Positions 1 to 13,135 of a DNA stretch of 64,000 nt are shown in pieces. Origin of the DNA: Phoronis australis (Eukaryota > Animalia > Phoronida). A model generated the notes under the pieces. The model saw only the letters and a program-made list of their open reading frames with translations. It made no database searches and was not told the origin of the DNA. The DNA lies in contig NMRA01000162.1 of NCBI GenBank assembly GCA_002633005.1, positions 703,761-767,760 on the forward strand, given 5' to 3'. Numbering within the stretch: position 1 is the first letter of the stretch; each line of letters starts with the position of its first letter. The translations under genes and the position numbers were made by a program.

Positions 1-779
1 ATTCGCCAACCGGAACCATTTTGCCACCACTAAAGTGACACCTGTTGCTGGACACTGGGTTCACGAAAAACGCGGAATTTTAATTAAAAAGGAAAAATAC
101 CTTAAACAATTGCGCCTGACTTAATGACACATAACTAAATATTAATAAATCAACTTTTGAATCAAAACTATGCACTTTACTGGTGTTGTAATGTTCCAAA
201 CAGGTATCGGTATTGAAGGTAATTTCTACTCAGGTGGTTGTCGCAATCTTGCAATTTGTATTGAAAAATGTTCAGTGCCAGAAAATTTTATTGTATTAAT
301 CAACAGCAATAAGATAGAAACGTCTTGTGTAAAAGTCCAGTGTTTATCAGTGTTGTGCCAGCTGATATATACGGGCTCAAAGTGTGGCGAAATTGCAATG
401 CCTTGTTAACCTCTGACCCCTCTATACTTTATGCCTGAAATTTTTAACTTAGCGGCAGAGTTAATGAGTATTGTTTAACATCTTTGTAAAGCCGAAGAAT
501 TGCTTTATTTAAAAATTACAAACAAATAATGATCTCGTGCGCCTATATTTTTTATTGTGCAGTGCAAATAAGGCATTTTCGGCGAATTCATTGCATGAAA
601 TACCCCCAAAATAGAGGCTCCCTGATTTCTCCCACTTAAACAAGGAAAAATGAGATTGGACTTTACTGTTTTGTTTATCATCTCAAAGGTAACTAAAATG
701 CATAGTATGGTTCAAATCGGTGACATTAAGTTTATCACCCCTCTGGGCATTTTTTCCTGCTGTGAGCCGTACTTCACTC

Positions 780-902
780 TTAAGTTCGTTCCAAAAAACT
801 TGTTTTCGACAAAAAGTTAAGTTTTCGGGAATGAAAACTTAAGTTTTTCAGACCAAAAAACTTAAGTTTTTCAATGAAAACTCAAGTTCATTTTTGTAAG
901 GG
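780..902 (-). repeat. End of a non-autonomous DNA transposon with palindromic AAACTTAAGTTT subterminal repeats
   Basis: Several AAAACTTAAGTTTT-like units end in AAGTTCATTTTTGTAAGGG. The reverse complement CCCTTACAAAAATGAACTTAAG occurs at about 46959. Confidence 0.5.
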
Positions 903-1414
903 TTATCCCACGAGGACCAAAAATTCTTCACTTCAGGATCAAAATAAAATGCGACCGAACTGAAAATTTAATAAGTCAGGTTCAAAAACTTACTATGTCA
1001 GTAAATTTTCACGCCAGGACTCCACGTCACCATCCCCAAGCATTGATCCTTCAAAGTTATAATGTCTGTACTACACGTTTAAACAAGAACTAAGTGTTCA
1101 ACCTCTCGCCGACGACAGACATATTATCTTGGAAATGCGGTTGAATTTCTTACGTCTAATCCACGTTTCACAATAGATGCCAATGTACAGCTGAATAGGT
1201 ACACATTGGAATGTCAGATTGCATAATGGGTGATCACGTAGTCTCCGGGTGAAAACAATTCTTTCCTGGCGTGAAAAGTTTTCTGACGCAATAAATCCTG
1301 GTTGCCAATTGTTTTTGATTTTACAGAGGTTTCAATTCCTGAATAGAAAATGTGTGTTCTGGATTTTTCCGCTTCAGCTTTCCATTCAGCTAACTAGTGC
1401 ACAGCACAGTGTTT

Positions 1415-1592
1415 TTAATATCCGGGCGGCTCCACTGCAACGAATCACTTCGGGTACACCCTTCCGTAAATGACGTTCGTATTTTGCACATTTCTTCCGG
1501 GGTAACACTTTTCCAAGAGCTATTCATGCATTGGACAAGTTTCTGTTTGGTATTCGGTTTTATTTTCTCTCTCAGGTAGTCCTTCAGCTCTT
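1415..1592 (-). pseudogene. C-terminal remnant of an IS630/Tc1/mariner-type transposase
   Basis: Minus-strand translation with frameshifts reads ELKDYLREKIKPNTKQKLVQCMNSSWKSVTPE...LRKGVPEVIRCSGAA.GY*. This matches the C-terminus of invertebrate Tc1-like transposases (ELK..IR..VKP.TK.ELV.GI..FW...LRKVIP.VI...GAATGY). Confidence 0.6.
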
Positions 1593-2983
1593 GCTCTGAA
1601 AGTTTTGAAAACGCAACTCTTTCTTTACGCAGATACTTTTTCCGCCCGTGGGCACCGACTCGCTGAATTCATCAACCAAACATTTATTTTTGAAAATGCC
1701 CTCAAAAGTGGACTTTTTTAAAACACCGTGTTGACCATATTCGTCAGTGTAGAAAAGTGAAATGAACAAATTTGTACACACTGCTCAAAGCACTTTTGTG
1801 GACATACGGAAACGCTTACGGCTCTGCCTTACAACGCTGCGTGTGCTTGGCATTTCTGATAAAGCGCTCTCATGCTGGATTTTTTTTAAGATTGAGCACC
1901 GTTTATTCGGTGATTTCTGGACTGAAACGGAACCAAATCTCGAGTGGTGACTCATTAGAATGTGCAAAACTCGGGTAGGGGGTGGCGATACAAGCATGTT
2001 TTTTACTTTCGTATGTGGCTGTCACGTGTGATTCAGCGTCACTTACTACCTAAGGCGGCCAGATCATACGCTATAAATATCACCAGACTCTTTGCTTCTC
2101 AAAAGTGCACCCCGATGTATTTTCAATCATTTTTTCGATATCGTAATTCAAAGATTCACGCCCACATGCCGTGTAGAGGCACATACCTCTTCACCACGTG
2201 TATTCACATCTTCCCGTTCATAATTGTTTTACTTTACATAATTTGTCAATATGTTGTTGATTTTTTGAACTGATAGGGGCCTATGTGTACATGTAACTAG
2301 CCCCAGTTTTAACGTCATCGATACATGAAAACGGAATGAGCAAATCTACAACTGGTCATTCCGTGTAACTGTCACCGTCTAAGTTCGTGGAAGTCGTAAC
2401 CATAGTATTATTTCGAAGTTAGAGCCATCGAAGTCCGTGGGATTAGGGCATACTGAACCGTGAATTTCGCGTCTGTACTGCAAGGGTCAATACTATGAAC
2501 ATAAAATCCCCGGAGTGAGAGCTCTTCGCGGTGTAACAACTCACTCACTATCCCACCATCATGGGGGCGTGATAGCAGACACGTGAATAACTTAAAAAAC
2601 GAAAAAAGTTGCAGTTTGGCGTTACACAAACAAAATCGATTGTGGTCGAAGACTGCCAAACATAGCTGACTTTACTAAATGACTACAGCATTGTATTGAC
2701 CGGGAAGCAGCAACTTGTTAACGTCAAGAGTCAAATTAAAAATCAAATGCAAAGAAAACTTTCACGTTTTTTATCCAAAACTTCTTGCATTGTCCATAAT
2801 CCAATGTTTGCCTTCAACCTTCGAATTAGTGGTGTTACACAACCGATGTAAACTCATGTAACAGAGACAGTAAAACTAGGTTAATTTATTTGACCCTGTG
2901 CTAAGACGAATATGCATCGACCCGCGGAGTGGCATCAGCCTGACAACCTATTACGCAACTGCTACTCTAGCTTAAAAATAGCA

Positions 2984-3150
2984 GCCGACCAGCCGGTCGG
3001 CTGATGGCCGGTCGGCAGAAGGGTCGGCTGGGGAGTCGCCTTATGAGTCGGCACTGCGGGCGGCTGCCGGTCGGCTAATGGCCGACCTGTCGGCTAATTT
3101 GCCGACCAGTCGACGGCCGGTCGTCGGACAAAAATTCGTGATGTGTGCTG
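2984..3150 (+). mobile_element. Right end of a TIR non-autonomous DNA transposon (TIR CAGCACACATCACGAATTTTTGTCCGAC)
   Basis: Dense CCGACC/GGTCGG subterminal repeats end in GTCGGACAAAAATTCGTGATGTGTGCTG|TA. The same terminus is at 61507 and its reverse complement starts at 10899. Confidence 0.7.
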
Positions 3151-3809
3151 TACATGTAGGCTTCCTCTCAATTGTTCAGAGCGGCACACTCGCTTCGGCA
3201 TGATACATCATTATTTTCGTCATCTTCGTGATCTACCACCAGTGTTGTTGAAATCAGTCGTTATTTTGTTCCCATTGCTACCGTATCAGGTTGCGATTTG
3301 CAACAATATTGCATTAGGTATTTTTGTCATTGGATATTCGTTGTCGAACGGTGCCGTTTGCTATGACATCAAGGGTTTGCTGTTGCTGATACTAGTTATG
3401 CAATCGGCTGGTCAGCGTGGCTAGTCATTGCATCCTTAAACAACGTCGTTGTGGTCGTTGACAGTACTGATTACGGTTTCAAGATCAGGTTGTTTTTGCA
3501 TCGGCGACTCGCCGTTGTGTTTAGCAAAGGCGATGTTATTTTTTTCGCTGGCAATAACATTGTGATTTGGTAATTCGAGTTGAAACGATCGGCGTTTCTT
3601 CTCTTGCTCCTTGTGGTTGCCAGGGTCACTTTGAATCTGTTATTCTCGTCTCGTTGCAACCAGTGCCTTCTAACAAGTGGAACATGGTGCATAGTTTGAG
3701 GTACAGTGTACATGACGCTATTTAAAAATCAGACTGACTATTTACCTTACAAATACTGTAGGTCAAATAGATTTTTATTCTTCCGATCAATTCCAAATAT
3801 CTCACCAGC

Positions 3810-4093
3810 CAATGTATGTGGTTTCATATATAATTATCGCATTTCCCGTGTAAAATATACACAGCGCGGATTGCATGTACGTGTTCACAATTTTCTCATT
3901 ACGAACAATTGGAAAGGTCTCTTTTACTTTATGTTCCAAAGCGTTTTAACCTTATCATGAACACTGTGAATCGTACAGTTGACGTTGTTATTGATCCTGT
4001 GTTAGAGTGTTGGCTTAACGACTGCATCACAAGCGGTGTTACCAAAACCACTGTCATCACCCATGTGTTGGTGTGGTCACGCACTGGATATTC
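3810..4093 (-). pseudogene. Candidate degraded third (C-terminal) MAM-like exon of the downstream copy
   Basis: After an aag acceptor it reads EYPVRDHTNTWVMTVVLV...; further on, fragments TLWN, RPFQLFV and AIRAVYILHGKC appear in different frames with stops. Boundaries are uncertain. Confidence 0.35.
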
Positions 4094-4238
4094 TTGATTT
4101 CAATATCAAGTAGTCAGCTTTGCTAATGATTCACTACAGCTTTAAGGGCTTAAGTGAAAATACGTTTGAATATTTTCAAAGCGTTAGAATTACGCCAGAT
4201 CCGTCCTAAACATAGCCTACGTCACACGAGTCACTTAC

Positions 4239-4418
4239 CGTAATACGGCGAAAGTTCTTCTGCGACGTTAAGCTTATCAAACCGTACTGTTACAGTGGAA
4301 TTGCAGTTAAGAATCTTGTAAAAGAAGGTAATGCAGATCCAGACTCTTGCCTGTTCAATCACTGGACCTGTCAGGTGACCTTCTGAAGGGAAGGCTGCTT
4401 GCAAGTACCAAGCGTCGT
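4239..4418 (-). CDS. MAM-like domain exon B (downstream copy), 180 bp, phase 1-1
   Basis: ttgaag acceptor and GTAAGT donor; open frame DDAWYLQAAFPSEGHLTGPVIEQARVWICITFFYKILNCNSTVTVRFDKLNVAEELSPYY. Same length, phase and motifs (WYLQA, CI.FFY..NCN, EE..P.Y) as the exon at 31374-31553. Confidence 0.7.
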
Positions 4419-5329
4419 CTTCAATGACAAAAACAGTTAAACTTTGAGATCTGTCACAATGAATATGGCAGAATTGCCGAATGCAAGTTACGATATCTAA
4501 ACTCCAAACATACTTATCCAATTTCAAAACCATGTGCTAATTCCTAAGTCAACATATATCTTTTTGTCTTGATTACTAATTCACATGCATCTTCTACGAC
4601 TTTTTCTTTCAATCTGTTCCGGCATGAAAAATGACAACTGCAGTTTAATTGGCACAAAAACTTTCAAATCTGGAGCTTCTGTTGGCATAATTGGTTTAAG
4701 TGCAGCAAAAATCACATTCATTTGGTTACCATTAACGGTCGCTAAGAGAATTTTTAATGTCATGCAACCGCCAGGCAACCCATTGGCATGATTCCCACTG
4801 TTTAAACTGTTTCTCAGCTTCAAATCTGACAATAAGCCTCATCCCGTTTTTTCTCCGTGTTTTTGTCATTACTTTTGTTTTTTTTTTGGCATATGATCCA
4901 CCGAGTTTCCCTTTTTCTTTAAATTTTAATCTATCAAAGCTTTAATAATTTACCCATTTTCAGGATGTTGCCGGTTATTTATTGAAGTTCAAAAATAAAT
5001 TCTGTAAGTTTTGTTTTTTAAATTCCGAAAAATAAACAGAGAAAGCAAAAAGAAATTCGTATATTTAAAATTTGGAGTATATAATGCAGCAGTGTAGACT
5101 GTATATCCCAGTAACTGATAATCGCAAAAAAAATAGGACTAGCCACATTTCCTAGCCATTTTAATTATCCAATAGTGCATGCAGAAAACATTGGGTAGTC
5201 TTTCTAAAGACAACTGCTATGACTCAAGAAAATACGTAAAATCCAGTATAAGAGTATACAAACAAAACTGAAATTGGATGACCCATTACTAGATTGTCGT
5301 ATTGTGAGTGCAGATAATGGCCAAAAGAC

Positions 5330-6650
5330 ATCTTTTAGAATTCCCAGCCACCCAAAACTGGCCCAATCAACCATTTAGCCCTGCTCCTGGCAATGAAGGG
5401 TTTAGTACTGAGATCAGTGCCATCTACGGGTAGCAAGCGCGAGCAGAGAATAAAAGCATTAAAATAGATCTAGGGACTTTGACGGAGGTTTTGTGCAGAG
5501 TAGAGAAACAAAACATAAGATCAACTGCGAGAGGAGAAAGTTAAATACGAGAAGTGAATTCAAAGAAAATAAGCCTGAGAATTCAAGACGGTGATCATAA
5601 TTTGTTAAGGATACCTTTAGGCTCACGAGGAGACAAGCTCATTTCAAAGGAGAAGGTGTTCAATTAGCATAGGGGAATTCCAGAAATTTAGTCTCCTTAG
5701 GAGGACCCGGAAAGCTGCTTGGGAGATTTTCCCTCAGATGCCATGAGGAAGGTACCACTCGACGAGGGTAAGATAATTGGAGTCGCATACCAAAAAACCC
5801 AACATTTCGACATAGTGAAGTGATCGAGGAAGGTGACAGAATAGGTGACAAAAGAGGCAAGATCAATTCTCTTCGGCTCACTGTTAGTCCATAAAGTCTG
5901 CAAGAAGTGAACAAAGCTCCGGAGATTATTGCGCCAGCTCCTAAGGAAGCCGTGGTTCAAAGGTGTGATATTAAGCAAGTGGAAGGTTGTGGAAGGCTGT
6001 TCTTTCTAGGAGAAGAAGGACTCCGATTCTATTGAACTATTCAGCACCATTAAGCTGTTGAACTATGTATAAGACTAAGTGAGTACATAGTTACCAACAA
6101 GTGTGAGGACACATCTGTTCAATAGCGTGACATTTTGCCATGCTCTTTAAGGTTTCTACAACACCGCAATGTTTTGAGCCATCAGTGAGACTAAGAAAAA
6201 GGCGACCTCACATGCGTGAGGTTAGATCAAGCGATCGCATACAGTTCCGCACTACACTACATGCATTCCAGGTCATGGACGGAACGATATTGCGTGCTAC
6301 TTCTTTGGAATTAGGTTAAGCATCACTGGCAGACACATGGCAACAGACTGGAGCTGTCTTGAGATGGGTATCATCACGGGCTTATACGATAATTTCCAAC
6401 CTTGTTTGTCATGGGTATGAACATCGTGTTCAGAATGACTGAAGCTCAATCCAAAGGTCCAGAATAATTTCATGGACGGCATTTCAATTACTACCACCAC
6501 TCAAATGCTGGGAAGATGCGTGATCTGGGCGCTTTGAGAGAAAGCTAGGTGGGAATAGAGAAAATTTTAATCACTGCAATCCCGTTGAAGCATTTCTGGA
6601 GATAATAACCCAATCACTGGGTGATAATCTGTCTGGCTCTTACGCTAACA
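5330..6650 (-). mobile_element. Possible highly decayed DIRS-like (tyrosine recombinase) retroelement fragment
   Basis: Fragmentary translations CRLYGLTV / DLASFVTY and LIGPVLGGW..MSFGHYL weakly resemble the N- and C-terminal parts of DIRS recombinases. Many frameshifts. Confidence 0.3.
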
Positions 6651-6728
6651 TTGTAGCTAAACATTTAGCCAGCTAAATTGCATTTTTTTCGACAGTCATG
6701 AAAACCACACGGCATTGCATTTACTCAC

Positions 6729-6881
6729 CTCTCGGACCCAAAATACTTTGAGGTACTTGAAACCGTCTACCAAAAGTGAGCCTTCCTGCACTGCCGCGGA
6801 TCCAACCATCTCCGTTGCTAGATGTTTCCAGTGGAGTAAAGCCACAGGAGCTGCCGAACCTGTCGAACTCACACTTCTTTT
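6729..6881 (-). CDS. MAM-like domain exon A (downstream copy), 153 bp, phase 1-1
   Basis: ttag acceptor and GTGAGT donor; open frame KKCEFDRFGSSCGFTPLETSSNGDGWIRGSAGRLTFGRRFQVPQSILGPR carries the MAM N-terminal C.F[DE]..CG..W motif. Paralogous to 36797-36943 and splices in frame to 4418. Not in the ORF track. Confidence 0.7.
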
Positions 6882-8235
6882 CTAATTGTAATGGAGCACA
6901 AATCTTATCACATTATTGAAATTAATTATTTACTGCTATGAATAGGATTTGTTACGGTGTTTGAATTGTCAAGAGAGCATTCAACGTGGCGGAAGGTCGG
7001 TTTAAGTAATAACTAGGCTACGGTTTGGCCAAAAAGCGGCAAAAGGACAACCTAAACTGCGTTGCGCATATGCGTGTCATAGATCAAAACAAATCATGGC
7101 CTTTGATCCGGTTAACAACTTGCCCGGAGTGTTCTTGCATTCTTCAACAGGAATCATGGGAATTGTTTAATCAAGTGAACATAAATGAACCTTCGCCAAA
7201 TATGTTACTTTGCCGTGTGTTGCTATCGGTTTGAGCACTCGTTACAGTTCAAATATTTGCCGGATCCTTGCGAAAGTCCTACATAAAGGGGTCCTTTTTA
7301 CACTTATAAGACCAACAATTAAATAAATATATCGAAGCAAAAACGCACCACGGTCCACATTGTTGTGCTTAATAAGTATGATAATAGAAACATTGTTAGT
7401 CTTAAAAAATAAAACTCATTTTCCGAATTTGATGTTTTAGTCAAGCCAAAACAAACGCAAAATCGAGGACCTGTTTCTCAGGCAAGGTATCGTCACAACT
7501 AGTCAAGCGGTATACCAAACATACAACTTTGCGCCGACGTTGGAAAAATAAATGACCACATAATATCTGACACAAAGTTAGCTTCATTAAATATTACACT
7601 GCTCCCTGAGTAAATTAAATTATTCACCGGTGTTGGATATGGTGGTTCACCGTTTCTCTGCTGCTAAATAAATGGTTCGATCTCTTGCAACGACTTTGTC
7701 ATCGTGGATCATTGAGTCACCTATTGGTAAATTTTCTATTTTCCCAAATCCGAGAATAAACCGTTTCCTTTTCCACAACGTTTCGTACATGACACACACA
7801 TACACATTATCGGAACGGGTTTTATTTTTGTCAAGTATTTTTAAACAAGCAAAAACGAGTTTCAGACCAAATATTGCTGCTGCGAAGGTGTCATCAACTC
7901 TGAGAGATGTCGCAAAATCTTAGGAACTGGGCGTGCTCGTGACACGAACCTACTGTCTTGAATACGACGACAGACTTTTCTTCGTTAGAAAAGGCGGAGG
8001 ATTATGAAAGAAAATGATCTTTAAATGTGTTTCACTTAAACGGAACAACTTGAGTTTCGGTTGACTCCCAGATTTGGCATGGACTCCCCCTCTTATCGAT
8101 GATATTAAGTTTAACCAAAGTGACGAGCAGAAATACCTACAATGTGTGAAAGTACGGTGCAAGAACATGATCGGAGCGAGTAGATTGTGAGAGCGCTATC
8201 GTTGTCACGACGATAGTTCCACAAGCAGCTATCAA

Positions 8236-9085
8236 AGGCCCTGTTTTACTTAACGTAGACAGGGAGTACGTTAACGTGAATGTACAACTTTACAATTCAT
8301 ATTTTTAGCTTGATGTCGTATACTCGTTTACATTAAACTCCTTGTAATGTTGGGATGCATTATCGTTAACAGTTTTTTTTAAAACTGTGTTTGATGAATA
8401 AATAACGTACATGTATTCGTGGCTTCCTCGCTCTCTTCAAAAAAGCTTGAATATGACATTTACCAAAGAACAGATGAGACGATTACACCCTGCCGGGATC
8501 AACATTTGTAACGTTGGTAGGTGCACGGCTTGATGATGCCGAATGTTTTTTCTTCTGATATTGGCCTGTCAAACTTATCGAATCGACTGTCTCATTTGCA
8601 TAAAACCCAAGTAAAAGCATCCAAGCTCACGCTTGGTCTATATTCATATCGAACCAAAAAGAACTCAAAGTGTATGGTCAATAAGTTTCCTTTCTGGCGC
8701 TTTACAACAACTATGGTGTTGGGTGTAATTATACACAAGCCATCCTACTGTACGCGACGATAATGAAATGGTAGACGAGTACACTCTGTGAGGATCAACA
8801 TTTGTAACGTTGGTAAGTTTTTGATTAGATTTGGTGGCGTGTTTTTTTCTGATCTCGGGGTGCACACTCACTGAATCGTCTCTCTTAGTTGAAATAAAAA
8901 AGTAAAAGCCGGCCGAGCTCACAGCCAGACTAGTTGGTCATGCAGGTGCAGTAGAGGTGGTATAGACTGGGTCGAATGGGTTGTTATTCGGGGGTTAAGT
9001 GAGTCGTGAGACGCGTGGGTTATGAGTAGAGGTTGGCCTGGGTCGAGGGAGTCCAGGGGAGTGGGGGTCAAGAGGGACACAGTTA
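8236..9085 (+). repeat. Dispersed repeat related (inverted) to the element at 56165-56980
   Basis: Shares AACATTTGTAACGTTGGTAG (twice here, about 8500 and 8795), TACGTTAACGTGAA and a GGGTCGA-rich terminal tract with the reverse complement of 56170-56710. Confidence 0.5.
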
Positions 9086-9579
9086 CGTGAAAAACTTAAA
9101 GATTTCAAAAGGTAATTATAACCGTTTATAAAATCATCACGCTCGTCCCTGACATTCAGTAATCAACGCAAAGTACTCAAAGTAAACCAGTAAGATATTT
9201 ACTTTGTGGCGCTTTACAATGAGTGTAATGTTGGCTGTAACTATCCACAAGCCAGTCCATCCTATTACACACTTGTGAAGGTTGGGCGACGATAACAAAT
9301 TTGTAATTTTCTTGTCTATTGAGATCCACGTCAAACGCTTTCAATTCCCAACCGCTTTTTGTATCTGAAAGGCAAGAAACTTCAACCGAGTGTTAGGCTA
9401 TCTTTGTAAGAAACATATTCCGAATGATAATTCTAAAATCGCTTGTTGAGAAAGCAAATGGATTGGGGCATTGACTTCGTCGTTTAAACGATCATATTCT
9501 ACTACTGCAAGCATTCCTGTAATCAATGACACACTCAGCATCTACTTATTAGAACGCTAACACTAGGCTTGGATGCTGA

Positions 9580-9720
9580 CTAGGAGACCGCGGGACAAAA
9601 ACAAATCGGTTGGGACAGCATGGACACACGCCCCTTGATGGTAACATTTTGAGAGCTGCTGAGCAAGTCAGCTATGTTTCTTGCATTATAATACACCTCA
9701 CCAATCTCATCATAATTCTC
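9580..9720 (-). CDS. Candidate terminal exon with tyrosine motifs
   Basis: A strong polypyrimidine tract plus cag precedes ENYDEIGEVYYNARNIADLLSSSQNVTIKGRVSMLSQPICFCPAVS*. Linkage to the MAM exons is not shown. Confidence 0.3.
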   Translation of the reverse strand, partial: ENYDEIGEVYYNARNIADLLSSSQNVTIKGRVSMLSQPICFCPAVS

Positions 9721-10898
9721 CTGAATGTCCGGAGGATAGGAAGGCAGAAGAGAGAAGACACGAAAACAATAAATACGCAACTTAGGTGGCAATTGTTGGT
9801 CAAGTCTATACTAAACTTGGCAGATGTCGTTGCCTACAGAACAGCTAATCATTTGCAAGAACAAAAATTAGGTTTCCAGTAGGTGAATATGCATCAGTCT
9901 ATTTCATTACAGCGTCCTGTTGTTCAGTAACTTTTCCAGACGTGAGGGGTGCTGAACGTGCGATAATATCTGACTTAACTTAACTTTCATTTATATCAGT
10001 CCACCCCAGTGAGGCTAGATACCCTGTACGATCTGACAGGAGATTAGAGCAATTATCAAACAAAAGAACGCAGGCCCATGTGTATCAAATCCCACGCCAG
10101 ATTTGTCCTCTCGGGTGAGGATCTGTAAATTAACCTCAGAAGTTTTCAATATCATCGCACCTTTTCAAATTCACCAAAAGCCTTCCTAAATATACAAAAA
10201 CCAGGTTAAAAAACGGCTATGATAAAGATTTGGCAGACAGTGAGTCTTGCGTCAATAGCCAGGCTCTAAAAAGTAAAAATGGTCATAGCGTGGTACCGAA
10301 TACGTCAGATTCGTCCAAAAAAGAAGGCAGTGTCCACAACTTAAAGATGCATGAGTGTTAAATTTTATGAAAATCAGCTTGGGATCTCAGTAGAGAGAAA
10401 ATGTAAAATATAAAACTGCGACTAAAAGGCTGGGTGATCATCGGACCTGTCCAAAAGCGTTCGTCAACCGTCGTCAAGATATGTAAGAATGAACTGACCA
10501 AATTGAACAGAATTGAAGCACCACAACAGACTACCTGTACCAACACTAAAAGCTCGTCGGGCTGCCACCCGTAAACCAGATGTCACGAAGAATAATGGAC
10601 GTACACACTGTAGCTTATCCCAATGGTATCTGCATTCTTAGTGTGGGATGAGTTGTGACCTTTAACCAAGGCATCTGGCACCGATAATTGTTTTAGTCCG
10701 TAAAATTGTTCGACCAACCACACTGTTGTTACATTATTTGACTTGAATTCAGCATTTTGTTTCTACTTCGTATGTATTTGTTATTAAAAAAAATGTTGAC
10801 AATTATGATTGAAACATTTGAGGGAGAGTAACTTTTTACGTATGTAGGATTCTAGGAAAATTGCCCAATTTGTCCGAATTAGGTACATGTACATCATA

Positions 10899-11410
10899 CA
10901 GCACACATCACGAATTTTTGTCCGACCTTGGTATTCTGATTTTTATGCAATTTTACTGTAAAAATTCAAATTTCTTGCTTGTTTTTATGTATATTGTACT
11001 GTATAAAAAGTCTCTCATCTAAAATTAGAAATTATGCTTCCGCGACACCACTTCACGTTTGTTTTTACCACGCCGTCATCAATTCAACATAAAGTTTTAG
11101 GTTGGTGTAATTCCACGCACTTCGTATTTGTAGATTGATTCGATTTTACCTTCTTTCAGTAGTTGAACATAAGTTGATAAACCGATTTCAAGACCGGAGT
11201 TTACACTGGTGAACGAACAGCGAATAGTTAAATGTTTTTTTGGCCAAAGTTCACCCGCTAAGTCATAAAACGGTAATTGCCGACCAAGGACAAGCTTAAT
11301 CCGAATTGGTCGTCTACGCTAGGCGACGACTTTGCCAACGCAAGTGCCAACCGCAGAGGCGAATCAGCAGACGGCTCCTAGCTGACCGTTCTTGGTAGGC
11401 TGCTGGTCGC
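10899..11410 (+). mobile_element. Left part of a TIR non-autonomous DNA transposon, truncated at the microsatellite and Penelope insertion
   Basis: TA|CAGCACACATCACGAATTTTTGTCCGACC, then about 480 bp clearly homologous to 60957-61435. Confidence 0.75.
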
Positions 11411-11430
11411 TAAAGATAGGATATACACGG

Positions 11431-11436
11431 ACAACT

Positions 11437-11491
<55 letters not shown>
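11431..11491 (+). repeat. (AAC)n microsatellite
   Basis: About 20 near-perfect AAC units. Confidence 0.95.
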
Positions 11492-11724
11492 AATTGATTC
11501 AATTTCTAATACTACTAACCAGAATTACGGTAACCAAGTTAATAATAACTTTGAATTTAAAAACATGACGATCGCCGCACAATTGAAGAAGTTCTTGATA
11601 AAACAAGGCTTCGTCTATTCGTTAGAAATCATCAGGATAATTACATAGGAAAACAAGAGCCGACATACGTCTCAGGTGACATCCATGAAGTGAAGTGAGA
11701 TGCAGAGTAGTCAGTAGCTGGTCA

Positions 11725-12860
11725 TCACCATAGTTGCAGGGTAATTGAGCTCTGCATGTTGTTCAGAGAATGAGTAGCATGCTGGTTTTGAATGGCCAGC
11801 GACATTTTCATGTACAGTAATTCCTTATTAGTTCCACTGCAGATAACACTAACTGAATTGGCTTGGTGATTGTTACTAACATAATGCCAATATATGTTGC
11901 TTTTCTCTGAGGTATCATGTTCTCTCAGCCTGTCACATAGGCGTTTCTGTGTGAGTCCGATATAGAATTCCTTACAGTTGCCACATTCAACCTTATAAAC
12001 AACATTGCTCTTGTTCAATAAAGGGATGGGTGACTTCAGTTTACATAGCATACTGGAAAGTTTCCAAAGAGGTTTGAAAACAACGGCTGGGTCTATGCAA
12101 TGAATAAGGCTTGATAATTGACGTTTCAATTTTATACTACTAGGCCCGGTGTAACCAAGAGAAAAGAAAACTTTCTTTTTCTCGGGTCCAATAACATCTA
12201 ACTTATCTGCCTCATTCATTTTTGAAAGGAAGTGACTTTTACAGCTATTCCAAAAATTCAGAGGGTAACCATTGAGGGTCCTCTTGGAAAGCAGTGCTAT
12301 CACTGAAGAAGCCACCTTAATTTTAAATATCACAATAATAACTAAATGAAATAAATAAATTGGCACACAATAAATGGAAAATCCTAGCTACGTCACTATC
12401 AAAACTTAAATTGGTGGAACAAGTTCTTCAGGCACGGTGTAACAAGCAATTGACTAAACCTCTCTTGTATTGGATCGGTACAAAACTCTCAAATTCAAGT
12501 TAAAGCCCAGAAAAAGTAGGCTTACGATACACAGATATAACAACGGTGCTGTTCTGATGTTTAACCAAGACAAGAAAAGGTAAACACGACTCGTGTTCAG
12601 ATTCTCTGGTGAAGTTGATGGACGGATGCATATTGCTCATGTGATTGAAAAAAGTGTTCACTGAGCTCTTGGAAGAAAATACAACAAAAGTATCGTCCAC
12701 ATACCTACGATAAAACTGTGGTTTTTCAATCCGGTGGACAACAAGCCAGAGCATCAGTCTCGAGATTGCACATGAAAATATTAGCTAACACTGGTCCGAG
12801 GGGTGAACCCATGGCCACTCCGTTAATCTGATCATAAAAGTTATCATCAAACAGAAAATG
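11725..12860 (-). pseudogene. Penelope-like RT/GIY-YIG endonuclease, frameshifted
   Basis: ORF fragments 12500-12754 (YVDD) and 11725-12366 (NGYP, GIY-YIG) are separated by stops and frameshifts. Confidence 0.85.
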
Positions 12861-13096
12861 GTTATGTTTAACTTCGGTGACATGATGTTTGTAGCCTCTT
12901 CACTAATGTACCCGTGGATGAAGTCATTGAATTGTGTCTTAACAAGCTGTTTATTGATACTGATAAGGTCCATGAATTGAATCGTAACCAATTGCGTGAA
13001 TTACTCACGATCGCCAGCTACTGACTACTCTGTATCTCTCACTTCACTTCATGGATGTCACCCGAGATGTATGTTGGCACATGTTGTCCTATGTTT

Positions 13097-13135
13097 TATC
13101 CTGATGATGTCTAACGAATAGACGAAATGTTGATT
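13097..13135 (+). ncRNA. Degenerate minimal hammerhead ribozyme in the Penelope pseudo-LTR (second copy on minus strand, about 11602-11639)
   Basis: atc-CTGATGA-t-GTCTA-acgaa-TAGAC-GAAA-tgtt-gat: conserved core, perfect 5-bp stem II and short stem I (atc/gat). GAAAC appears mutated to GAAAT. Confidence 0.6.
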
